Part shown: piece after piece, positions 28,996 through 37,195 of the stretch | Numbering within the stretch: the first letter of the stretch is position 1 | How the letters are laid out: each line of letters starts with the position of its first letter | Source of the DNA: a virus | Lineage: Duplodnaviria > Caudoviricetes | DNA: 58,231 nt | Reading direction: 5' to 3' (one strand) | IMG/VR virus record: IMGVR_UViG_3300047545_000612 | Location: 1 to 58,231 of that record | The notes under the pieces: model-generated | Databases searched by the model: none | Told to the model about the DNA's origin: nothing | Seen by the model: the letters and a program-made list of their open reading frames with translations, nothing else | Made by a program: the position numbers and the translations under genes

Positions 28996-29244
28996 TTAAA
29001 TATTACAAAAATAATACGATACTTTTACATCTGCTAATTCTAAAGTATTATATTCTGGACCTGCAGGAGATTTATATTCACGTGCAATTCCCATATACAA
29101 TTCATTTTTACCCCTAGCAATTACAACATCTCCGGCTTGAATATTAAATTCTTCGACTGTATCTCCGAAAAACATCATTTCAGATCCTGTTAATAACATA
29201 ACTAATACTGGCTTTTCTACTGCAATTAAATTTACAATTTTCAT
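28996..29244 (-). CDS. early hypothetical protein
   Basis: 82 aa behind promoter repeat. Confidence 0.7.
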   Translation of the reverse strand: MKIVNLIAVEKPVLVMLLTGSEMMFFGDTVEEFNIQAGDVVIARGKNELYMGIAREYKSPAGPEYNTLELADVKVSYYFCNI

Positions 29245-29311
29245 AATATATCTGTTTTTAATTATTGATACCTAAATATAGTAATTAAACAGATACGAAC
29301 CAACTTTTTAC

Positions 29312-29614
29312 CTAAGTAATTTGATAAATAATTCCTGCCCATTTAAACATGGTGATTGAATCATAAGTGACAGTCCTCCAGCATTTAGACTTATCTGCTG
29401 TCCTTCTGGCCAATTGTACATCGTATAGGATAAGATATCCTTTTGAGGCTGGATCATAATTCAGACCTACACCCTTTACTCCTTGTCTTGTTCCTTTGAC
29501 TGTTGTTAATTCTCTCTGAGTTCCATCCTTCTTTGTATACATGACAGAAAACATAGCACCATTTGGTATGGTGCTTATTGTTTTAAAGAATTCTGATCTT
29601 GACATTGATTCCAT
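29312..29614 (-). CDS. WYL-like SH3-fold protein
   Basis: FSVMYTKKDGTQR...YD......WRTV motif. Confidence 0.65.
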   Translation of the reverse strand: MESMSRSEFFKTISTIPNGAMFSVMYTKKDGTQRELTTVKGTRQGVKGVGLNYDPASKGYLILYDVQLARRTADKSKCWRTVTYDSITMFKWAGIIYQIT

Positions 29615-29627
29615 AATGCTTTATATT

Positions 29628-29861
29628 TTAGTTAACTGATAATCCTTCAAACTTAAGTAAGGAATTACAAATGTATCTATTAAGATGATACATACTATTA
29701 CACTTGTTAACATTAAATAGGATGGTCTTTTTATCTATTTCATTAATCTTCTTCTCTGATAAGAATGAATTAATTGTTTCTTTTGCAGTACTAACATTAT
29801 TTAGTACAAAAACCTCTTTAGCAATTTGCTCAAATACTGATTTGATAGGAAATTTAGACAT
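29628..29861 (-). CDS. early hypothetical protein
   Basis: 77 aa; NSLLKFEGL C-terminus. Confidence 0.7.
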   Translation of the reverse strand: MSKFPIKSVFEQIAKEVFVLNNVSTAKETINSFLSEKKINEIDKKTILFNVNKCNSMYHLNRYICNSLLKFEGLSVN

Positions 29862-29941
29862 AATATACTGTTTTTAATTATTGATACCTAAATATAAGAA
29901 GAAAGAGCCGAACAAGCAACCCTTTCTCCATTTATTTTTAA

Positions 29942-30055
29942 TTAATCTTCATTTTCTTCCTCTTCCTCTTCAAACTCACAATGATCTAAACACTCTGCAC
30001 ATAACTCATCCCATATATGGTGTCTTGATGCACCACAACAACTACTATATTCCAT
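29942..30055 (-). CDS. tiny Zn-ribbon peptide with acidic tail (37 aa)
   Basis: MEYSSCCGASRHHIWDELCAECLDHCEFEEEEEENED. Confidence 0.65.
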   Translation of the reverse strand: MEYSSCCGASRHHIWDELCAECLDHCEFEEEEEENED

Positions 30056-30060
30056 AACCT

Positions 30061-30450
30061 TTATTGTTTTAAATTATTTTCATTTAATACGAACACCTTA
30101 TCCTGCCAGGTCTTAGCCTTAACTGCTCTATACTGAGCAGCATCCATTAAGTTAGTATTGTAGAATAAAGAATTAACTACAGCTACTTCTAACGTCTCAG
30201 CCAATTCCTTATCTATAACCATTACTTTATTACCCTTACGAGCAAATACTGTCATCCAAGCCGGACTACCTTCTTTCTTATACTGTATAGTCTGAAGAGC
30301 TCCTTTCTTCCATTGACTTAAGGAAGGTAAGTCTGACCCTATTTCGTAGGCTACTACAAAGCCTGCTGGTACCCTAACTACAGCCTGGAATAGGCCTTTC
30401 TCTCCATTGATGTAATCTACTACTGTTAATCCCTTGATGTTGTTAATCAT
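30061..30450 (-). CDS. early hypothetical protein
   Basis: 129 aa behind promoter repeat. Confidence 0.7.
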   Translation of the reverse strand: MINNIKGLTVVDYINGEKGLFQAVVRVPAGFVVAYEIGSDLPSLSQWKKGALQTIQYKKEGSPAWMTVFARKGNKVMVIDKELAETLEVAVVNSLFYNTNLMDAAQYRAVKAKTWQDKVFVLNENNLKQ

Positions 30451-30561
30451 AATATTGTATGTTTTAATTATTGATACCTAAAGATAGTAATAAAGTACAT
30501 AGGAGGCAACTCTTATACGTTATTTATATTCATTTTAAATTAAAAAATATTTAACAAAATA

Positions 30562-30597
30562 GTTGCTAGAGAGGACAAGTGTTCGTATCTTTAGGTA
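30562..30597 (+). promoter_or_regulatory. consensus early promoter in antisense orientation
   Basis: GTTGC(30562)-N19-TATCTTTAGGTA(30586), with no ORF downstream. Confidence 0.75.
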
Positions 30598-30733
30598 CGT
30601 TAAAGGAAATAAGGGGCCTGGCTTTGAGAGAGAGTCGGAAGAGTAGACGGGCCGGTACGCCTATTTCTGTAGTAGGTAATACATAGTACTAGATATAAAA
30701 AAAGAGGAAGGACCCTGTTGAGGTCCTTTTTTA
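30598..30733 (+). ncRNA. candidate ~135-nt small RNA, antisense to the 3' end of the ArfA-like ORF
   Basis: Promoter, long GC-rich hairpin (GAAATAAGG...CCTATTTC; CTGGCT/GGCCGG) and terminator AAGGACC..GGTCCTTTTTT. Confidence 0.6.
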
Positions 30734-30831
30734 TTGTGCTTCTCTTTCCTGTTGTAAGTCTTCTTGCTCTTATGAACAAGGTGCCTAGAGGCTGCCCATC
30801 TCTCCTGGAGAGTCACTTGAATTGTCTTCAT
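30661..30831 (-). CDS. ArfA/BrfA-like small basic peptide (putative ribosome-rescue factor), 56 aa
   Basis: MKTIQVTLQERWAASRHLVHKSKKTYNRKEKHNKKGPQQGPSSFFISSTMYYLLQK; K..K.Y.RK.KH motif followed by an in-frame hairpin. Confidence 0.55.
   Translation of the reverse strand: MKTIQVTLQERWAASRHLVHKSKKTYNRKEKHNKKGPQQGPSSFFISSTMYYLLQK
30697..30732. terminator. bidirectional hairpin terminator inside the ArfA-like ORF
   Basis: AAAAAAAGAGG-AAGGACCC-TGTTG-AGGTCCTT-TTTT. Confidence 0.7.
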
Positions 30832-30852
30832 GATTGCTGAGGTTTATTTTAA

Positions 30853-31065
30853 TTAAATAGTCTCATCTAGGAAGAAAGGATCTCCTGAGGTACCAAATAG
30901 GATAAATCCCTCACTATCCTCTTTATAAGGAGTCTCCTCAGAAGACATAAAGAATAAAGTATCAGTAGATTCATCCCTTCCTACATAATGAGCTTTATTC
31001 ATTCTACTACCATCTAAAGTATATTCAACCCCTACTACTAAATCATTTCTTTCAATTGCTTTCAT
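30853..31065 (-). CDS. early hypothetical protein
   Basis: 70 aa behind promoter at ~31077; probably co-transcribed with the ArfA-like ORF. Confidence 0.7.
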   Translation of the reverse strand: MKAIERNDLVVGVEYTLDGSRMNKAHYVGRDESTDTLFFMSSEETPYKEDSEGFILFGTSGDPFFLDETI

Positions 31066-31131
31066 ATCTGTATCTGTTTTTAATTATGTATACCTAAAGA
31101 TAAGAAGAACTATCCTTATAGGCAACTTTTA

Positions 31132-31665
31132 TTAGGGTTTTTTAACGGGTCTCTAACGGGTTACTAGAACGGGTATCATGACCGGGTTACCAATTGGGTA
31201 TCTAAACGGGTATCTTGCTTACACTTTGCTTCTGTCGCCTATAGCAACGGGTTACAAATGGGTATCAAAACAGGGTATCTCCTTACACTCTATAAGTACA
31301 TGAACAGGTCTCTACAACTTACACTCTGTAAGTAAAACCCCTCTATATAGGAAAAAGTTGAAGGAGGTAGGCCCTTGCCTCATTTCTTCTTTAATTATTT
31401 TACCTAGACTTTTCTCTCTTTTTACACATCGTATATCCTTTACAGTACCTTTTAATACCTAATACTATATGTTTTATACTCTTTCAATCTTTTTACTACT
31501 CTTCAAGTTTAACCAAAGTCTATCCTTTTCCTTATGTTTCTCAGCAGTTCTCCCTATGTCTCTCCATGTATCTCTCCAGTTCTATATGTACGTATGAACC
31601 GGTAACAAGTGGGTTTAGAGACGGGTATCCTAACGGGTTATAGGTCGGGTCTATGAACGGGTCAC
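31132..31665. repeat. two clusters of ~12-bp-phased AACGGGT direct repeats (iteron/pac-like)
   Basis: GGGT cores at 31135, 31147, 31158, 31171, 31184, 31196, 31208, 31249, 31260, 31273 and 31600(var), 31611, 31623, 31635, 31647, 31659; CTTACACT x3. Confidence 0.8.
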
Positions 31666-31682
31666 TCTATGCTATATTCTCT

Positions 31683-32069
31683 CTATAACATATAAATTCT
31701 CCTATCTATATCTCTAAAGATTATATCCATTATGAACTTATTCTCTATATAGGTTTGCTGAGTTATACTATATGTTACTCTTCTATCATTACCTATCACC
31801 CAACTCTTTTCCTCTCTATGTATTTCGAATAATTTTCTATCGGCACAATAGTAGATCTTCCATTGAGGGTCTTTATGAATCAAATAATATGACTTATCAT
31901 CTATCCATTTCCTTATGTTAAATCTAAAGGCCTTCCAATCCCATCCTTCATTTGTTATTCTATCTTGCTTATCCTCTCTTAAGATCTCTTCATACCGGAT
32001 CACATCTCCTTCCTTATTGAAGATGTCCATCTTCTCTCTTAGGTAGTCTACCTGTGTATCCTTTATCAT
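31683..32069 (-). CDS. hypothetical protein
   Basis: 128 aa ORF. Confidence 0.6.
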   Translation of the reverse strand: MIKDTQVDYLREKMDIFNKEGDVIRYEEILREDKQDRITNEGWDWKAFRFNIRKWIDDKSYYLIHKDPQWKIYYCADRKLFEIHREEKSWVIGNDRRVTYSITQQTYIENKFIMDIIFRDIDRRIYML

Positions 32070-32291
32070 TTACTTTACCTCTATAGCTGTTTTAGAATCT
32101 ATTGCATGAGGAAATCCTTCTCCATCACATATTATAATCAATTCCTGGAGATGGTTTATATCTGTAGCCTTACCCTCTACTGTCATTCCTGCTCCTCTCC
32201 GACTATTGTAAGTTACTTTCTTACCTCTATAAATTGCACTATGTAACCTAACCTCTTCTATTTGCATCTCTTTGATTCTTTCTTTGTTCAA
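32070..32291 (-). CDS. hypothetical protein
   Basis: 73 aa ORF. Confidence 0.6.
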   Translation of the reverse strand: MNKERIKEMQIEEVRLHSAIYRGKKVTYNSRRGAGMTVEGKATDINHLQELIIICDGEGFPHAIDSKTAIEVK

Positions 32292-32430
32292 ATGCCAATT
32301 GTTCCTTTAACATTCTATTCTCTATGGTAAGGAATTCATTATCTTTTCTAAGTACATCAATCTCCTCTACCAATGTTTTCATATTACTTAAAAGACTGTC
32401 GGTATATTCTGTTAGATTAAACTGTGACAT
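32248..32430 (-). CDS. coiled-coil hypothetical protein
   Basis: 60 aa ORF. Confidence 0.55.
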   Translation of the reverse strand: MSQFNLTEYTDSLLSNMKTLVEEIDVLRKDNEFLTIENRMLKEQLAFEQRKNQRDANRRG

Positions 32431-32570
32431 CTTCGTCTATATTTACAACCAAGTACGGTTTATTATTTTCATCTTGTTTGATTGTACCTGAGGCTATTAA
32501 GTCCTTGGTTCCTTCTGGATCTTTCTGAGACATTAAAAGGATTGTCTGTTCCATGTAAATTACTTTCATA

Positions 32571-32825
32571 CTACTCTATTACTTCAAATACATGCCACAC
32601 AAGTTCTCCATCTTGGTAAGTACTTAGATGCTTTTCATTATCAAAAATATTCCATCCTGTACCTGCTATTCTAAACTTACGTTCCTCTTCTTCCTTTGCC
32701 GGATCTACCAAGGCCCATACAGTTAAGAGACCTTCCTGATGTGCTATATGAAGTATTTCTGCACCTTTAGGCATTAAAGTAAAAGGTGTTAATGTATATT
32801 TGTGTATTGTTTTCATATTACTCAA
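32571..32825 (-). CDS. conserved phage hypothetical protein
   Basis: TIHKY...GAEIL...WALVD...GTG...LVWHVF pattern. Confidence 0.7.
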   Translation of the reverse strand: MSNMKTIHKYTLTPFTLMPKGAEILHIAHQEGLLTVWALVDPAKEEEERKFRIAGTGWNIFDNEKHLSTYQDGELVWHVFEVIE

Positions 32826-33278
32826 TGATTTTATCTGTTAATTTTCTTCCTATGTCTAACCATTCATCAAGTATTATTACTACTATTCCTACAATAGAGA
32901 ATACTAATATTAAACTAAATACCATCCAAATGATAAGCAGTATTGCTTGTATTAATGTTTTCATAATTATCTTAGTAATAAAGTTCGTAATGTCTCTACT
33001 TGGTCCTTTAGTAACTTTACATAGGTTTCTAATGATTTTTGATAGTCTTTATGTTTGTCAATAATCCTCTCATTAGACTCATTTATAGACTTCAATAAAG
33101 CTACTTGCTCTTTGTAGTTTTCAATGATTTGATCCTTTGTATTCATAACTCTTATTTGTTTTATTTGATAAAGATAAGTACTTAACTAACATCTACCAAC
33201 TAATTCCTCCTTTATTTCCCTTATTTTTTATGGGAGGTTAGGAGAATTTGCGCGGCGTGACTTCATAGGAAAAGCGCC

Positions 33279-33530
33279 CTACTTTCCCCCAAAATGCTCA
33301 TTCAAGTGCTTAATCCAATTTTGATTCAACACACCTAACTTATTACCTAGCTCAAGTAATATGTCTGATGAATAGTATCCTGAGATATTATCTGCAGGCC
33401 AGAAGTTGTAGAAGCCATCCTCTGACATCATAAAGCAACCTAAGTGTTTTCCAGTATGTAGTGCTCTAACATCCATTGTACCATTCTCCTCTCCTTCTAC
33501 TCTAAGTATATCCATCTTACTCATCTTCAC
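33279..33530 (-). CDS. hypothetical protein
   Basis: DGFYNFWP...GYYS...L..LN..W pattern. Confidence 0.6.
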   Translation of the reverse strand: MKMSKMDILRVEGEENGTMDVRALHTGKHLGCFMMSEDGFYNFWPADNISGYYSSDILLELGNKLGVLNQNWIKHLNEHFGGK

Positions 33531-33673
33531 CTGCTCTTAAAAATATTAAAAATGGAACTACTATTGCCCAAAATTCCCAATGGAAAATATTCACATTAGC
33601 AAATATGCTTAACGATGCTCCTAAATAAAATGGAGCTAAAACTTTAAATACTTTATTCATACTCTATTTACTT

Positions 33674-33901
33674 TTAGTATATTTTTTTTCCACATCGAAG
33701 CGGAGTACCGTCAGAGTTAAGTACTTGAATTGAACGACTACTCAATGCACTTCCTTTCACTTTGTATACAAATCCATTTTCACATTCGATTGTGTAATCT
33801 AAATGCATTCCTTCTTCATAAGGATCAATTGTACCTTCGTGATAAATTGCTAACCCTAATAATGTAAATACAACTGTACAAATTAAAAATAATGTTCTCA
33901 T
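33674..33901 (-). CDS. membrane-anchored/secreted small protein
   Basis: N-terminal TM helix, two C-terminal Cys. Confidence 0.6.
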   Translation of the reverse strand: MRTLFLICTVVFTLLGLAIYHEGTIDPYEEGMHLDYTIECENGFVYKVKGSALSSRSIQVLNSDGTPLRCGKKIY

Positions 33902-33902
33902 A

Positions 33903-34808
33903 TTATGCTTGCTCTTTATAAACGTTAATTAATTCTCCAATTTTGTTTAAAATTGCTCTTTGTGAATTTACTTGTTTCTGCTTAACATCTAAATCTAAAA
34001 CTGAGCTTTCCATAGCTCTTAGTTGTGTTAAAAGATATCCAACAGTTGATGTGTCTACGATCTTTTGAGATTGTTTAGCTAAATGAAAGCTTATAGCATC
34101 TTCTAATTTTTTACGAGATGCATCCATTCTAGCAATACAGCCTTCATAAGTGTCAATAATGATTAAGTTAGAAGTTTTTTCAAACTCTTCCATGCCTGCT
34201 ACAAATTTATCATCGATTTTAACAAATCTTAAGCCTGAATGAGATGGTATATCAATTCTGTTTTTATCAATTCCAAATGCAGTACAGACTTTAAAGAATA
34301 ATTCAGTGTTACTTGGTACATACTTGCATTTTGTTTCAAATACATTATCTGCATTGGTTGAATATAGAGGAATGATACAAGAATATGCACTCACTGGATA
34401 GTTAATAAGCTCAATCTCTAAATTGTGAACTTCTTCAACTGATTCATACACCGGTTTATGTGTTCTTGCAAATCTTATAGCAAAGACTTCGTCTTCTAAA
34501 GTATTATAAACATATTCTTCAATATCTTCATCAATACTTCTGGTTGAATCAATCTTAGCTTGGAGCAATTTGTAGTTTTCAACTGAAATGGTAATTCCAA
34601 ATTCAGTGTTATCGTAACCGATTAATTTACGGCCAGATGTCTTATATGTAATAGTTTCTGGCTTCTCAGAAGTTACTACAAGATCTCTTCTATAACCAAG
34701 AATTGGATCAACTGCTGGTTTTCCGTTTACTTCTAATGTAGTATGTGTATTTTTAAATGTATAAAAGCCAGTCTGAGAATCATAACCTACTTTGATTGAA
34801 TTTTCCAT
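33903..34808 (-). CDS. hypothetical protein
   Basis: 301 aa behind promoter at ~34823-34866. Confidence 0.7.
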   Translation of the reverse strand: MENSIKVGYDSQTGFYTFKNTHTTLEVNGKPAVDPILGYRRDLVVTSEKPETITYKTSGRKLIGYDNTEFGITISVENYKLLQAKIDSTRSIDEDIEEYVYNTLEDEVFAIRFARTHKPVYESVEEVHNLEIELINYPVSAYSCIIPLYSTNADNVFETKCKYVPSNTELFFKVCTAFGIDKNRIDIPSHSGLRFVKIDDKFVAGMEEFEKTSNLIIIDTYEGCIARMDASRKKLEDAISFHLAKQSQKIVDTSTVGYLLTQLRAMESSVLDLDVKQKQVNSQRAILNKIGELINVYKEQA

Positions 34809-34882
34809 GTTGTTATATTTTTTTAATTATACCTAAATGTAAGAAGAAAATCCTCCTCAGGCAAACTTTTTACTAATTATTT

Positions 34883-35497
34883 TTAATAATGATTAAGAAT
34901 ATCTAATGAATCTGGATAGTACAGTAGTGTTGGATTCTTCTTTTGAATGTCAATCTCTGGGAAGTATTTACTAAACGTTAATACATCGAACTTAGAAGTT
35001 ATTAAATGATAACCATTCTTTGTTGGTATCGCAGCTTCTATTTTATCTCCTTCCGGCTTACATCTTCTGATAGCATCTTTTACTCCCATAGAGTAAAGTA
35101 GATCTAAACTATCAACATCTACAATCCATCTCTTCTCTTGAGTCTTAATTTGTCCTACAACAGAATCAAACAATCCTTTCTGATTGTTGTTACCATTTTG
35201 AATACGTTGTGCTAATGCAGCCATCATACTCAGAGATACATCAAAGTGATTCTGCTTTTGTACATGAATATAAGCTCTTGCTTTAAACATCTCACACATT
35301 TGAATGATTTCATCATAGCGACGTTCCAAGTGATCAATGCTTTCAATACAATAAGTCTTGATTGTTCTTACTGATTGATGATTATCTCTCTCTCCTTCTG
35401 GTTGATCTTTCTTACGCTTGAAAACATATAGCATGTAGAGGTCACCTTTCTTTTCGAAATTAAGCAATGGCTTAATCAATTCTAAGTTGTTTATCAT
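34883..35497 (-). CDS. AEP (primase-polymerase) superfamily-like protein
   Basis: WIVDVD (DxD) and PTKNGYHL (sGxH) motifs. Confidence 0.55.
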   Translation of the reverse strand: MINNLELIKPLLNFEKKGDLYMLYVFKRKKDQPEGERDNHQSVRTIKTYCIESIDHLERRYDEIIQMCEMFKARAYIHVQKQNHFDVSLSMMAALAQRIQNGNNNQKGLFDSVVGQIKTQEKRWIVDVDSLDLLYSMGVKDAIRRCKPEGDKIEAAIPTKNGYHLITSKFDVLTFSKYFPEIDIQKKNPTLLYYPDSLDILNHY

Positions 35498-35500
35498 AAC

Positions 35501-36343
35501 TTACTTCTTTAATTGCTCAACAATACAGTCAATACCCTTTTCGGTTAATTTATATCCATCAGGAAATTCTCCATGACCATTACTTGTCATTCTTAAATCA
35601 ACTGGATTAACTAGTGTTAGCTTTGATAGGACTTGTCTGATAGTATCCTCGTTATACATTCCTTCAGTTTGTAATTGCAGAGCCTCTATAAGCTCTATCG
35701 CTTTAGCACTGCTTTCATGTACAAAGTCAAGCCTACTTTTTAAATCCTGTACTTCTTGCTTGTCTTGTTTAGCTTGCCATTTAGCACCTGCTATGTAAGA
35801 CACTTTACTGTTCCTCATAGATATTTCATCTCTATTAAAAAACTCCTCAGAATACTTTTCAGCAACTTCTTCAAGTGTTTCTTGTTTAGGTTCTTCTTTT
35901 GGAATGATTATTTCATAAGCAGTATAAACTCTACCTATTCCAAATATTTGTTTAACTTCAACAATATCAATAGGTTTACCACTATCATTTGCTTTTGACA
36001 CAAACCATTCAAGGAACTCATCATCAATAGCTTGTATGTCATCTTTGATTAAGTCTTGGTCTGTTGTTAGGATAACCTTTGAAGCATCTTCTAAATCTTT
36101 AGATAATAAATAAGAAACTTGAACTAATCTACCATCTTTAGAGATTATATAATCATTCTCATTTATATCTTCTGCACCAGAAGTGATGTAGATATTTTGA
36201 GGTTTAAAATACTCTTCATCAAACATTAAGTAGTATGTTTTGACAAGCTGTCCAATTTTTACATCAGATAATTCTTTAATACATTTTCCAAGTATATATC
36301 CATTACTCGGTTTATCTGCTGGTAATACGTGTATGTTTTTCAT
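35501..36343 (-). CDS. hypothetical protein
   Basis: 280 aa with KQETLEEVAEKY...AGAKWQ module I recognise from Bacteroidota phages. Confidence 0.65.
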   Translation of the reverse strand: MKNIHVLPADKPSNGYILGKCIKELSDVKIGQLVKTYYLMFDEEYFKPQNIYITSGAEDINENDYIISKDGRLVQVSYLLSKDLEDASKVILTTDQDLIKDDIQAIDDEFLEWFVSKANDSGKPIDIVEVKQIFGIGRVYTAYEIIIPKEEPKQETLEEVAEKYSEEFFNRDEISMRNSKVSYIAGAKWQAKQDKQEVQDLKSRLDFVHESSAKAIELIEALQLQTEGMYNEDTIRQVLSKLTLVNPVDLRMTSNGHGEFPDGYKLTEKGIDCIVEQLKK

Positions 36344-36552
36344 TATACTGATTTTTTAGTTATTTTAATTCTACCACTTTCGTATGTTGTTTTAATGTAA
36401 TAGTAACGTTGAACAATTCTATCTTTACTATCAACCACTTCACCTTCCTTAATTATTTCAGAAGACCTTACAGAATAATTTCCTTCTAAGTACATTAACA
36501 TAAAATAACCCGCTAACCCAAACACAATTATTCCTAATATTACTGATTCCAT
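36343..36552 (-). CDS. membrane-anchored hypothetical protein
   Basis: N-terminal TM helix. Confidence 0.6.
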   Translation of the reverse strand: MESVILGIIVFGLAGYFMLMYLEGNYSVRSSEIIKEGEVVDSKDRIVQRYYYIKTTYESGRIKITKKSV

Positions 36553-36597
36553 AATTACTAATCTATTTAATCGGTGCTGTACTCTACGTACGAAACT

Positions 36598-36924
36598 TTA
36601 TTTTTTTAAATTATACCCAAACTCTACTGCTAACATAGCAACATTGTACTTGTCTGTACCCTCATATTGCTTACAATACTCAGCGACTTTCTTACCCATA
36701 ATTTCTTCAGGTGTTTCTTGTTGAGGTAAGTCTTTCTTCATCAACTCACTCCACGAAATTGTTCCGTGTATTTTTTTGATTGTCTCCATAGGAAGAGGAA
36801 ATTCAAAATCATAATCCAATTTTCCATAACCCATTATGATTGTATCTTCATCGATGAAAGTTGATATAGATGGTTTCTCACCATTGTCGTATCTTTCTTG
36901 TGCAATTTTTTCTGCTTCGTCCAT
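36598..36924 (-). CDS. hypothetical protein
   Basis: 108 aa ORF. Confidence 0.65.
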   Translation of the reverse strand: MDEAEKIAQERYDNGEKPSISTFIDEDTIIMGYGKLDYDFEFPLPMETIKKIHGTISWSELMKKDLPQQETPEEIMGKKVAEYCKQYEGTDKYNVAMLAVEFGYNLKK

Positions 36925-36929
36925 AACCT

Positions 36930-37127
36930 TTATTTAATTAATTCTATTTCCTCTTGAGATGACCAATTACCCCAATTCTTTCCATCTTCAACTTCAACTC
37001 TATAACCACGTTGATCTCCTGCAAATGCTACTTCTACAATAATACCTTCATCACCAATTTGGTTATTGGATTGATTTGTGTTGTTGATGATTCTAACTTT
37101 ATCCCCTACTTTAAATTTTTCTTTCAT
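36930..37127 (-). CDS. KOW/SH3-like small protein
   Basis: FKVGDKVRI...G.EG.I motif. Confidence 0.65.
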   Translation of the reverse strand: MKEKFKVGDKVRIINNTNQSNNQIGDEGIIVEVAFAGDQRGYRVEVEDGKNWGNWSSQEEIELIK

Positions 37128-37195
37128 AACCTTTATTGTTTTTAATTATACCTAAATATAAGGAAAAGCCTCCGAAGAGGCAACTTTTTTCCTAT

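Larger units (their letters stand above)
25677..31126 (-). promoter_or_regulatory. array of 13 near-identical early promoters GTTGC-N19-TAT(C/A)TTTAGGTATCAATAATTAAAA
   Basis: Copies start near 25677, 25970, 26367, 26637, 27547, 28079, 28335, 28565, 28928, 29255, 29871, 30461 and 31077, each just upstream of an ATG. Matches Bacteroidota -33 TTG / -7 TAnnTTTG geometry. Confidence 0.85.

Noticed and set aside
25677-31126. Repeat array as CRISPR or integron attC cassettes
   Set aside because: Spacers are 200-900 bp genes; the repeat is non-palindromic and matches promoter geometry; no cas operon or integrase in the window.
31132-31665. AACGGGT array as mini-CRISPR
   Set aside because: Repeat unit ~7 bp with ~5 bp spacers is far too short.
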